From Bdellovibrionota bacterium (lineage in GTDB: Bacteria; Bdellovibrionota; Bdellovibrionia; Bdellovibrionales; Bdellovibrionaceae): a stretch of DNA of 64,000 bases. The notes beneath the pieces are model-generated. The model had not been told where the DNA came from, did no database searches, and saw only the letters and a program-made list of their open reading frames with translations. Shown here piece after piece: positions 56,383 through 64,000 of this stretch. Position 1 is the first letter of the stretch. The number at the start of each line of letters is the position of its first letter. The stretch covers positions 25,552 to 89,551 of the forward strand of contig CAUJGP010000037.1 of NCBI GenBank assembly GCA_963170155.1. The letters are read 5' to 3'. The translations under genes were made by a program, and so were the position numbers.

Positions 56383-56793
56383 ATGTCTGCAAAGAATTTT
56401 GATCCCAAATCCAAATGTATTCTGATTCTCGAGGATGACGAGTTGAGTGGTCGTTTATTGCAGGCGATTTTAGTTAAAGAGGGTTTTAGGGTGATTATTT
56501 GCAACCAAGGTTCTGAAGCGATTGAACAACTGTCTCTCAAGGGCTCAGAGATTGATTTGATTATCACAGATTTGATTATGCCAGTGATGGATGGATTTGA
56601 TTTTATAGATCATCTTAAAAAAGAGGATCGTCATAAACCTTTTATGATTATTACCAGTCTTAAGGATAAATCCACCATGGAAAAAGCAAAACAAAAAGGA
56701 TCGATTGATTATATTTTAAAGCCTTTTAAGACTTCAGATGTTTTAATCAGGCTTAGGAAGTTCTTTGAAAAAGAAGAAAGTCTCTCTGCATAG
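56383..56793 (+). CDS. Single-domain CheY-like response regulator
   Basis: Canonical receiver residues (LEDDE, IITDLIMP, IITS, ILKPF). ATG 56383 follows GGAAGGAAAAG. Divergent from the GT9 operon. Confidence 0.8.
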   Translation: MSAKNFDPKSKCILILEDDELSGRLLQAILVKEGFRVIICNQGSEAIEQLSLKGSEIDLIITDLIMPVMDGFDFIDHLKKEDRHKPFMIITSLKDKSTMEKAKQKGSIDYILKPFKTSDVLIRLRKFFEKEESLSA

Positions 56794-57035
56794 GTTCACT
56801 CCATCAGGTGCTCCTATTTTCAAATCATGAGTTTTAACTCTACTTCGAGAGGTTATTTATATCTATTCGAAATTCTTTTGGATAGGATTTCTAATCTCTG
56901 AGGGCCATTGTAAATTCCTTCAGGGATCGCCTTATGTCACAAATCTTTGATTCCAGCAAAGCGGGTTAGATCAGGGACCTTTATATTCTAAATTAAAAAA
57001 AATTGTAAAAATAAAGAAGAGAAAATAAATCTTAC

Positions 57036-57539
57036 TTACTTACTTTTGCGAGATTTTTGCAATCGCTGATTCACATCCATGATTTTTTGTGTTTGTCCTT
57101 CTAAAAATTTGAGGTGTTTTTTGAGGAGCTTGGGGTTGGAAAGAGCTAAAATTCGAGTGGCCAGCAGTCCGGCATTACGACTGTTATCGATGGCAACTGT
57201 TGCGACAGGAATGCCCTTGGGCATTTGTACGATAGATAGTAAAGCATCCATTCCTTTCAGCTTTCCCACTTGAACTGGAACACCAATCACGGGAAGAGGC
57301 GTGAGTGAGGCCACCATTCCTGGAAGGTGAGCGGCTCCTCCAGCTCCAGCAATAATGAGCTTGTAACCTTTTTTGTGAGCATTTTTAGCAAAATGGAACA
57401 TCCACTCCGGAGTGCGATGAGCGGAGACAATGAGGATATCGTGAGAGATACCAAACTCATTCAAAACAATAGCCGCGTCATTCATGACGGGTAAATCACT
57501 ATCGCTTCCCATGATAATAGCAACGAGAGGTTTAATCAT
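57036..57539 (-). CDS. purE: N5-carboxyaminoimidazole ribonucleotide mutase
   Basis: MGSDSDLPVM and AGGAAHLPGMVA motifs. 4-nt overlap with purK. Confidence 0.9.
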   Translation of the reverse strand: MIKPLVAIIMGSDSDLPVMNDAAIVLNEFGISHDILIVSAHRTPEWMFHFAKNAHKKGYKLIIAGAGGAAHLPGMVASLTPLPVIGVPVQVGKLKGMDALLSIVQMPKGIPVATVAIDNSRNAGLLATRILALSNPKLLKKHLKFLEGQTQKIMDVNQRLQKSRKSK

Positions 57540-58669
57540 AATCGAACCTTTTTGCGAGCCCGTTGAGCTTGCTTAAGAGCCTTTTGAGGCGTTGAAGATA
57601 AACTGTTTATATGTCCCATTTTGCGGTCTTTGCGAGAATCTGCTTTTCCGTACCAGTGCAACTGAGAGCTTGGGTTTTTATAAAACCAGTCCGCATCCCA
57701 CTGCGGAATGGGAGTGGATTGGCCGAGCAAATTAGCCATGGCAAAAGCGGATAAAACCTGGGGAGAGGGCAGCTTGCAATCCGCCACGGCCAACACATGA
57801 GCTTGGAATTGTGAAAGAGTTAGAGCATCAAGGCTATAGTGACCGCTATTATGCACTCTTGGAGCGATTTCATTGACCAAGAGCTCTTGACCTGTATCAA
57901 AGAGTTCAAAGGCCATCACTCCGACGTAATTTATTTTTTTAAGGAATAATTGGAGAGACTTTCGCAGTTGAGGTTCACGGGGGTGTTGGATTGGCCCCAT
58001 CACCCAATCGCAGCGAGCGTTCGTTTGCTTTGATTCCACCAGCGGAAAATGCACAATCTGACCATGGCGATCTCGTGCCAAGAGCAAAGCCAGTTCTCGT
58101 TTGAACTTGATTCGGGTTTCGGCAATAAAGCCATGGGCGCTTTTTGCTTGTAGCTCCTTTTTCCAAAGCAATAAGTTTTTTGTGGTGTTTACAAAAAAGG
58201 TTCCGTAGCCGTCATAACCAAAACGCCTTTGTTTTAAAACCACATCCTTTGAAAATGTTTTCAGTTTTTGAAAATCAGACTCAGAGCTCACTTCTTGGTA
58301 AGAAGCCGTGGGAATTTTATGCTTAAATAATATTTGTTTTTGCGTGAGGCGGTCTTGAAGGAGCCCCATCAATGATGGAGATGGAAACACGGAAACGCGA
58401 CTTTCTTGGCAGAGACCTTCTAGGAGGGTTGCATCGAGAAATTCGCTTTCAAAAGTCACAGCGTCACACTGACGAAGAAAGTTTTTCAAAGCCTCTCGAT
58501 CATGGGGTTCTCCAACAAAAACATGAGGAGTGACTTGAGCTGCGGGCTCCTTGGGATCTTTTGCATAAATATAAACTTGAAAGCCATAGGGATAAGCCGC
58601 TAAAGCGAGCATCCGCGCGAGTTGTCCACCTCCTAAGATACCAAGTTTAAAGCCCGGAACAAAGTTCAA
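57536..58669 (-). CDS. purK: N5-carboxyaminoimidazole ribonucleotide synthase
   Basis: ILGGGQLARML N-terminus, ATP-grasp core, NEIAPRVHNSGH motif. Confidence 0.9.
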   Translation of the reverse strand: MNFVPGFKLGILGGGQLARMLALAAYPYGFQVYIYAKDPKEPAAQVTPHVFVGEPHDREALKNFLRQCDAVTFESEFLDATLLEGLCQESRVSVFPSPSLMGLLQDRLTQKQILFKHKIPTASYQEVSSESDFQKLKTFSKDVVLKQRRFGYDGYGTFFVNTTKNLLLWKKELQAKSAHGFIAETRIKFKRELALLLARDRHGQIVHFPLVESKQTNARCDWVMGPIQHPREPQLRKSLQLFLKKINYVGVMAFELFDTGQELLVNEIAPRVHNSGHYSLDALTLSQFQAHVLAVADCKLPSPQVLSAFAMANLLGQSTPIPQWDADWFYKNPSSQLHWYGKADSRKDRKMGHINSLSSTPQKALKQAQRARKKVRL

Positions 58670-58807
58670 GAGAGGATCCTTTCACTGAAAATCTAATTAC
58701 AATTCATCATACGGTTTTAATCTATGAGCTTAGAACGGAGCAATCAAAAAATCAGCGGGAAATTAGAATTGATGAAAATCCTCTAAAATCTTTTTGAAGG
58801 CTCTTCA

Positions 58808-59170
58808 TTAGAGGATAGGCTCATCTTCTGAACGGGCGGACACATAGGCTCGAATGCGTCTTTTTTCTCCAATGGGCAAAGGAAGAAATTGAATTCCAAA
58901 AATTAAGCTTTTGCCGCCTGGAGTTTTATTTTTCCTTGAGTTTTTGATTTCTCCTCTGACAGAAAGCATGGCATTATCAGGAATTTTGAAAGTAAGCACT
59001 AAGCAAGCTTCTGGCGCTAGAGGGGTTTCATGGAGAAAAGAAAGTCCACCTTCACTCAAGGTGGTGCATTCACTGACAAAATAATGGCCATGAATTAAAA
59101 TACCCACGGAGCCGTAAAAGACTCTTCGTGGGTATTTTCTTTTATATTGTCCTGCGAAAGCTTGTTGCAT
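58808..59170 (-). CDS. PilZ-domain protein
   Basis: RKYPRR (RxxxR), followed ~25 aa later by LSEGGLSF (D/N-x-S-x-x-G type). Confidence 0.7.
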   Translation of the reverse strand: MQQAFAGQYKRKYPRRVFYGSVGILIHGHYFVSECTTLSEGGLSFLHETPLAPEACLVLTFKIPDNAMLSVRGEIKNSRKNKTPGGKSLIFGIQFLPLPIGEKRRIRAYVSARSEDEPIL

Positions 59171-59215
59171 ATTTATTTATCGGGCCCAGTTGCTTTCACC
59201 TTAAGGCTTATTTTT

Positions 59216-60016
59216 TTAAGGAATTCTCAGTGTTTGTTTTTGAGACTGAATTTCAATCATCCCTTTGAGGAGATTTTGTTCTTTGGGTGTCGTATTCTCA
59301 ATATTTTTGCTTGTGAGCAGAATCTTAGGTTCGCTTGGGGATGAAGGATCTTGGTTTAGATAGCGAGATAAATCAAAGAAGAGCCCCAATCCATTCTTAT
59401 GAGCCTCTGGACTGGTGAAAAAACCATAAACGCCACTCATATTCTCGTATTCAAAGGGTAGAAAAAGGTCCATTCTTCCCATTCTTTTACCAATAGCCTG
59501 AAACTCTTTCACCGTGAGGGCGAGACCAAGAACCAGCTCTTGAGACTCCGCATGAGCGCTAATGTACATTCGCCCCGCTTGTTGTCCCATCGGAACGCAG
59601 TAAATTTTCTGAGTGGTATCAATGATTGGAACCGGAGAACCGTTAGGCAACAGTGAAGGAGATTCCGCACACTGAGGAAGTTCATCGAGTCTGGAAAGAT
59701 TTGTTGTAAAGCCAATGGTTGATTTGGGAGTTTTGCCTCCTGTGTTGCCCAATTGAATCTGAATGAGCACGCGTTGTTGTTGTTTATCGTAGATGGGAAT
59801 TGTCATTGTGGGGAGCGAGGCTTGGCCGGTATTGAGAACCGTGTTAACGCCCACCCATTCTTCACCCGCTTGCTCTTGCAAGAGCACGTTGACGCTCGAT
59901 ACTAAACCTCCATTTTTTCCACATGCAGAGAGAAGACCCGTTGTCGCAAACAGAAAGCTTACGAGCTTGATTTTGCGAAATGTGCTTGGATGGGTTTGCA
60001 AAAAATAACAGAACAT
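59216..60016 (-). CDS. Lipoprotein, hypothetical
   Basis: Lipobox LLSAC after a hydrophobic segment. GGAG RBS. No recognisable domain. Confidence 0.6.
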   Translation of the reverse strand: MFCYFLQTHPSTFRKIKLVSFLFATTGLLSACGKNGGLVSSVNVLLQEQAGEEWVGVNTVLNTGQASLPTMTIPIYDKQQQRVLIQIQLGNTGGKTPKSTIGFTTNLSRLDELPQCAESPSLLPNGSPVPIIDTTQKIYCVPMGQQAGRMYISAHAESQELVLGLALTVKEFQAIGKRMGRMDLFLPFEYENMSGVYGFFTSPEAHKNGLGLFFDLSRYLNQDPSSPSEPKILLTSKNIENTTPKEQNLLKGMIEIQSQKQTLRIP

Positions 60017-60150
60017 AAAAACTCCTTTTTTATTGGCGTATGCCGCCGTTGGGTTTCATCGGTGCTGCGAACTTGAGAAAGGGCTCTGGCGGGAGTCAAA
60101 CGTGCTGTTGAGAATCGCGGGCCGATGGGTTTATCCTAACGTAAGAGAAA
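60017..60150 (-). promoter_or_regulatory. GC-rich, repeat-containing 5' leader candidate upstream of the lipoprotein-PilZ genes
   Basis: A local GC-rich island in an AT-rich spacer, with complementary CATCGG/CCGATG and GCGA/TCGC segments and a GGCG-N5-CGCC hairpin ~9 nt from the RBS. No known riboswitch class recognised. Confidence 0.3.
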
Positions 60151-60337
60151 GTAAAATCAAAAAAGCCTATCCAATTGAATTTATTTAGATAGATAAAAGT
60201 GTATTATTTTGATCTAGACTAAGATCCCGTAATTCATTATGTTTTTATTTCACTGACACATTTGTAAAATTCTGATGGTGAGCATTGTTGTTTGCATCAT
60301 TGCTTTTGTGGGGGTTTATAGAAAAAAAGATCGACGT

Positions 60338-61069
60338 TTATTTCATCCATCGTCGAAAAAAATGATTCTGGCCGTAGTCAAAACTGGCTGTTAAGAGCCA
60401 ACCTAAGAAACAACTTGTGAATACAGCGGCAAAAATCAAATCCACTCGCTGCTGAGTGCGAGCAGAATCAATGAGGCTGCCCAGTCCTCCCCCGGCGATA
60501 AATTCACCGACGAGAGCTCCGACAATGGATAATCCGAGAGAGATGCGTAGTCCATTTAAGACCCATGGGATCGCGAAGGGAATTTTAAGTTTAAGATAGG
60601 TTTCCATGGGAGTGGCTCGGTAGAGTTTGAAAAGTTCAAGCATTGCCTTCGGGGTGGATTCCAGTCCTTTCAGAGAAGACGCTAAGATAGGGAAAAAGCT
60701 CACAATGCATGAAGAAGCAATCACTGTGGGGCCCCCGAAACCAAACCAAATGACAAGCATCGGGGCCACGGCAATGATGGGGACAGTTTGAAAAAATAAA
60801 GCCACAGGGAGAATTCCGGCGCGCAGCCATTGAGAAAGAGAAATGATCAAGGCGAGGAAAACCCCGCCGACCACGCTTAAAGCCAAGCCAATGAGGGCCA
60901 TGGTTGTTGTTTCTTGAAAAGCTTGAAGAAGCTCCCAACGAGAAGACCAAAGTGTCGCGAAGGTTTGACTGGGGAGAGGGAATAAATAATCAGGAACGTG
61001 AAACAATCTGAGAGTGCCCTCAAGTCCTAAGAGAAGGAGCGCCGTCATCATCAATGTTTGACGGTTCAT
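60338..61069 (-). CDS. ABC transporter permease (nitrate/sulfonate/taurine TauC/SsuC type)
   Basis: Six TM helices and an EAA-like loop (LYRATPMETYLKLKIPFAIP). Start at ATG 61069 overlaps the ATPase stop (ATGA). Confidence 0.8.
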   Translation of the reverse strand: MNRQTLMMTALLLLGLEGTLRLFHVPDYLFPLPSQTFATLWSSRWELLQAFQETTTMALIGLALSVVGGVFLALIISLSQWLRAGILPVALFFQTVPIIAVAPMLVIWFGFGGPTVIASSCIVSFFPILASSLKGLESTPKAMLELFKLYRATPMETYLKLKIPFAIPWVLNGLRISLGLSIVGALVGEFIAGGGLGSLIDSARTQQRVDLIFAAVFTSCFLGWLLTASFDYGQNHFFRRWMK

Positions 61070-61845
61070 AAAAGTTCCTTTTCTTTCTGAGATAGGATTT
61101 GCATGCATTCCCGTAGCTCTGTGAGAGCTTGGAAATACGCAGGGGTTGTGCGGATTGATGCTTTTCGAGATTCAGGAAGCGAGATTTGGAGCTCTTTGTG
61201 GATTGAAGCTGGTTTGCCATGGAGTAAGATAATCCGATTGGATAAAAAGAGAGCCTCTTGAAGGGAGTGGGTAACAAAAACAATGGTTGCTTGCTGGTGT
61301 TTCCAAAGATCTCTTAATTGTTCTTGTAGGGTCTCTCGAGTGGGTTCGTCGAGGGCAGCAAAGGGTTCATCCATAAAGAGGAGTTTTGGTTTTGTAATAA
61401 AGGCTCTCGCCAAAGAAGTTCTCATTTTCATTCCGCCAGAAAGTTCATGAGGGTAGAGGAGGGCGGCTGATTCCAGCTGAACCATTTTAAGAGCTTCAAG
61501 GCCTTGTGTTTCCAAATCAGAAGAAGATCTTGAGTGATGGTGGGCTTGAAGCTCCAAAGGAAGGGTGGCATTTTCGAGCGTGGTTCTCCAGTTTAAGAGG
61601 TTGGGGTCTTGAAAGACGAAGGCTCGCGAAAGATCTGAGTTTTCAACTTGTTCTCCTGATGTCCAATTTTCAAGACCTGCAAGTAATCTGAGAATGGTGG
61701 ATTTACCTGAACCGGAAGGCCCTAAAATAGAAAGAAAGTCACCCTCTTGCAGATGGATATCAATGTCTCTGAGAATTTCATTTTGAGAGAAGCTTTTGCC
61801 TCCCTGCCTAACAGATAAAATCAATTTAGAGTCTTTACTTACCAT
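61066..61845 (-). CDS. ABC transporter ATP-binding protein (TauB/SsuB type)
   Basis: Walker A GPSGSGKST, signature LSGGMKMR, Walker B LFMDEPF. Confidence 0.9.
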   Translation of the reverse strand: MVSKDSKLILSVRQGGKSFSQNEILRDIDIHLQEGDFLSILGPSGSGKSTILRLLAGLENWTSGEQVENSDLSRAFVFQDPNLLNWRTTLENATLPLELQAHHHSRSSSDLETQGLEALKMVQLESAALLYPHELSGGMKMRTSLARAFITKPKLLFMDEPFAALDEPTRETLQEQLRDLWKHQQATIVFVTHSLQEALFLSNRIILLHGKPASIHKELQISLPESRKASIRTTPAYFQALTELRECMQILSQKEKELL

Positions 61846-62021
61846 AGAAAATTGAGGCTAATTTTTAATCCATTCTTTGGCAATGCTCCTCTTGGCTATT
61901 AACTTGTTGCAGCTTCAAGAACTTCCGCTTGTTTAATAGGTCTAATAATGCCAATGAAGTGGGTATCGCCACATTAAAAAAGCAGAACTCTGGCCGCTGA
62001 ATTTGATTTTTAGGAGTTAAC

Positions 62022-62546
62022 ATGAATTTGATTTTTCGTAATTTATTATTGTTTATTCCCGTCTTCTTTTGCTTTTCCTGCACATCTTATCAAAAGAAAA
62101 CAGAAGGGCAAAAAGCAATTGAGGCTTTCTATCAAGCTTATTTTAAAACCTTGCATGAACCTCAATCCGTGAAACCACAGCTTCGCCTTTCTTCAAGTTT
62201 TTCTGAACTTATTGTTAAAAATCGCTCCATTTGCAAAGCAAAGGCAGGATCTGATGTTTGTGGATGGGACTCTCGACATGGAGATGACTATTTGAATGCT
62301 CAAGAAATCGATGCTGACCTCACCTTTGAAAATTCAGAGTTTAAATCCTCTGAGCCAAAACCCCATTGGATTCGAATCGAATTTAATGTTTTCCCTAGTG
62401 CGAAAACCAATAAGTCCAATTATAAAAGAGTTATTGAGTACATGATGATCAGAGAAGAAATGAATTTAGTTGTGGATGATATTATTATTGATGGCCAATC
62501 CTTCAGAAAAATCTTTTCTGATGAGATTGAGCATTACAATAAATAA
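62022..62546 (+). CDS. Secreted protein or putative lipoprotein, hypothetical
   Basis: N-terminal hydrophobic segment ending in CFSC. No confident domain. Confidence 0.5.
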   Translation: MNLIFRNLLLFIPVFFCFSCTSYQKKTEGQKAIEAFYQAYFKTLHEPQSVKPQLRLSSSFSELIVKNRSICKAKAGSDVCGWDSRHGDDYLNAQEIDADLTFENSEFKSSEPKPHWIRIEFNVFPSAKTNKSNYKRVIEYMMIREEMNLVVDDIIIDGQSFRKIFSDEIEHYNK

Positions 62547-62776
62547 TAAGGAGTGAAAGGAGTCACAAAATAGAATGTTTTGAGAAGAATGCTTTCTTAT
62601 TTTTATAGCGCTCATTCCTTTTGTGCTGCGTTATCAATGAGAGAATCATCTTCCAAACGATGCAAAGATAGGAAAAAATTGCTGTGACTCTAATCATTCT
62701 ATTGAGACTCATTGACTAATTCCTTAGATCCAAGCTTGAATGAATGACCATTGATAAATTGAAGGAAGGAGTGCTT

Positions 62777-63892
62777 GTGGGCAGCTTTGAACTCATTGAA
62801 AAGCACGGTGAACACGAAGAGGTTATTTTTTGTTATGAAAAATCGGTTGGCTTAAAAGCAATTATTGCCATCCATAATACGTCCTTGGGGCCCGCTCTTG
62901 GTGGCACAAGAATGTGGAATTATAAAACCGAAGAAGACGCTTTAGTGGATGTCTTGCGACTCTCTAAGGGGATGACCTATAAAGCGGCAGCTGCAGGTTT
63001 AAATTTGGGTGGAGGTAAAGCTGTTATTATTGGAGACCCAAAAGTGCATAAATCTGAAGCTCTTTTCAGGGCTTTTGGACAATTTGTAAACTCTCTTAAC
63101 GGTAAGTATATTACAGCGGAAGATGTGAATACAAATGAACATGACATGGAATATATCTTTATGGAAACTCCTTGGGTTACAGGAATTCCGAAGTCTTTTG
63201 GAGGCTCAGGAGATCCAAGCCCTTACACGGCTCACGGAGTTCTTATGGGGATTCATGCTGTTGTTAAAGAAAAACTAAACTATGATGGCGTGAAAGACCT
63301 TACTGTTGCCGTACAAGGTTTGGGAAATGTAGGCTCTAACTTGGTGAAGTACCTTGTTCAAGGAGGTGCTAAGGTTAAGGTGGCTGACATTGATGCTCAG
63401 AAAGTAAAGGCTCATGCTGAAAAATATGGAGTGGAAGCTCTAAGTACAGAAGAAATCCTTTCAACTCCTTGTGATGTTTTTGCTCCTTGTGCTTTGGGTG
63501 CCATTTTTAATGATCTCACTATTGGACAACTCAAATGCAAAATGATTGCGGGCGGAGCTAATAATCAACTCGCAGAACCAAAGCACGGTGAGGCTTTACG
63601 GGAACTAGGTATCTTGTATGCTCCTGATTATGTGATTAACGCTGGCGGTTTAATGAATGTTTTTGTGGAATTGGAAGGATATTCCTCTGATCGAGCCTTT
63701 GATAAAACAAAGAAAGTTTATGATAATTTGATGAGAGTCTTTCGATTAGCAAAGGAACAAAACATTCCCACGCATTTAGCCGCTGATCGTATCGCGGAAC
63801 AAAGAATTAAAACCATCGGGAGTCTTCGTCAAAGGCATCAAGGCAAGTCTTCTCGTTTATTCACCACACTCAAAGAGATGGACAACAGATAG
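62777..63892 (+). CDS. Leucine dehydrogenase (Glu/Leu/Phe/Val dehydrogenase family)
   Basis: GLKAIIAIHNTSLGPALGGTRMW and KAAAAGLNLGGGKAVIIGDP motifs, NAD site VQGLGNVGS. GTG 62777 lies 5 nt after AAGGAG and gives a family-typical N-terminus. ATG 62744 is the alternative start. Confidence 0.85.
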   Translation: MGSFELIEKHGEHEEVIFCYEKSVGLKAIIAIHNTSLGPALGGTRMWNYKTEEDALVDVLRLSKGMTYKAAAAGLNLGGGKAVIIGDPKVHKSEALFRAFGQFVNSLNGKYITAEDVNTNEHDMEYIFMETPWVTGIPKSFGGSGDPSPYTAHGVLMGIHAVVKEKLNYDGVKDLTVAVQGLGNVGSNLVKYLVQGGAKVKVADIDAQKVKAHAEKYGVEALSTEEILSTPCDVFAPCALGAIFNDLTIGQLKCKMIAGGANNQLAEPKHGEALRELGILYAPDYVINAGGLMNVFVELEGYSSDRAFDKTKKVYDNLMRVFRLAKEQNIPTHLAADRIAEQRIKTIGSLRQRHQGKSSRLFTTLKEMDNR

Positions 63893-63912
63893 AACTGAGA
63901 AAGAGAGCAAAA

Positions 63913-64000
63913 ATGAGCCGAATTACTAAAGCTGAATTAAAAAAAGGGGACCAACTCACTGTTCTTGGTCAAAGTGCGTTTTTACATCTGGTAAGAAATC
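63913..64000 (+). CDS. 5' end of an unidentified CDS running off the window
   Basis: ATG 63913 begins an open frame (MSRITKAELKKGDQLTVLGQSAFLHLVRN) that runs to the window edge. Too short to identify. Confidence 0.35.
   Translation, partial: MSRITKAELKKGDQLTVLGQSAFLHLVRN

Noticed and set aside
60017-60150. Tested the GC-rich leader by eye against the ZTP, c-di-GMP-I/II, fluoride, TPP, cobalamin and preQ1 riboswitch consensus features
   Set aside because: CTGGCGGGAG and CCGCCGTTGGG resemble ZTP elements, but only on the non-transcribed strand and in the wrong order. The hallmark motifs of the other classes are absent. It is kept only as an unclassified leader.
60275-60394. 39-aa hydrophobic-then-basic peptide ORF (MVSIVVCIIAFVGVYRKK...), reminiscent of type I toxin peptides
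   Set aside because: It has no RBS, and its 3' half overlaps the end of the ABC permease gene on the opposite strand. No antisense RNA signal is evident.
60636-60950. 104-aa alternative-frame ORF inside the ABC permease gene
   Set aside because: The permease frame shows TM helices and the EAA loop. The alternative frame is Gly/Arg/Pro-rich noise.
1-64000. Searched by eye for CRISPR arrays, long tandem or interspersed repeats, integrase/transposase/phage genes, rRNA and tRNA genes
   Set aside because: No regularly spaced direct repeats, no recombinase-like ORFs and no cloverleaf-capable sequences were seen. This is visual inspection only, so short or degenerate elements could have been missed.

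Overview
This is a 64-kb AT-rich bacterial chromosomal segment, densely coding on both strands with about 60 protein genes. Reading by eye, I found no rRNA, tRNA, CRISPR array, integrase, transposase or prophage signature. Housekeeping content: scpA-scpB, oxyR divergent from ahpC-ahpF, psd, queD, a speH-speE fusion, trxA, rsmG, rpmG-dcd, a class-I aminotransferase, rsmD-coaD, purK-purE, leucine dehydrogenase, an LptF/G-type permease, a TolC+RND efflux pair and a GldA/F/G-like ABC operon with DUF4340 and a GHMP kinase. Lineage-flavoured content: a secreted 7-bladed RCC1/Calx-beta protein co-transcribed with a Cys-rich membrane-anchored partner, a secreted RNase T2, an S1 protease, a prokaryotic-type phospholipase A2, and a Glt/Agl-like gliding-envelope module (AgmX/PglI-like protein, beta-barrel OMP, TPR protein). 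Second-messenger and two-component genes are also dense: a cNMP-EAL fusion, PilZ, several degenerate receiver domains, and a histidine kinase whose H-box histidine is replaced by Ser. This content fits a Bdellovibrio-like predatory (Bdellovibrionota) genome, but that is inference only. Best candidates for an undescribed system: (i) the translationally coupled GT9 glycosyltransferase / helical protein / soluble His-less kinase operon with a divergent CheY-like regulator (52.1-56.8 kb); (ii) the RCC1/Calx-beta plus Cys-rich secreted operon facing the RNase T2 gene (3.6-9.5 kb); (iii) the divergent pair of PTPS/QueD paralogs with a shared inverted repeat and a coupled 58-aa membrane ORF (32.4-33.6 kb). 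Two genes below the 60-aa cutoff of the ORF track were recovered from the raw sequence: rpmG (L33) and the 58-aa membrane ORF. All functional calls rest on motif recognition by eye; no database search was run.
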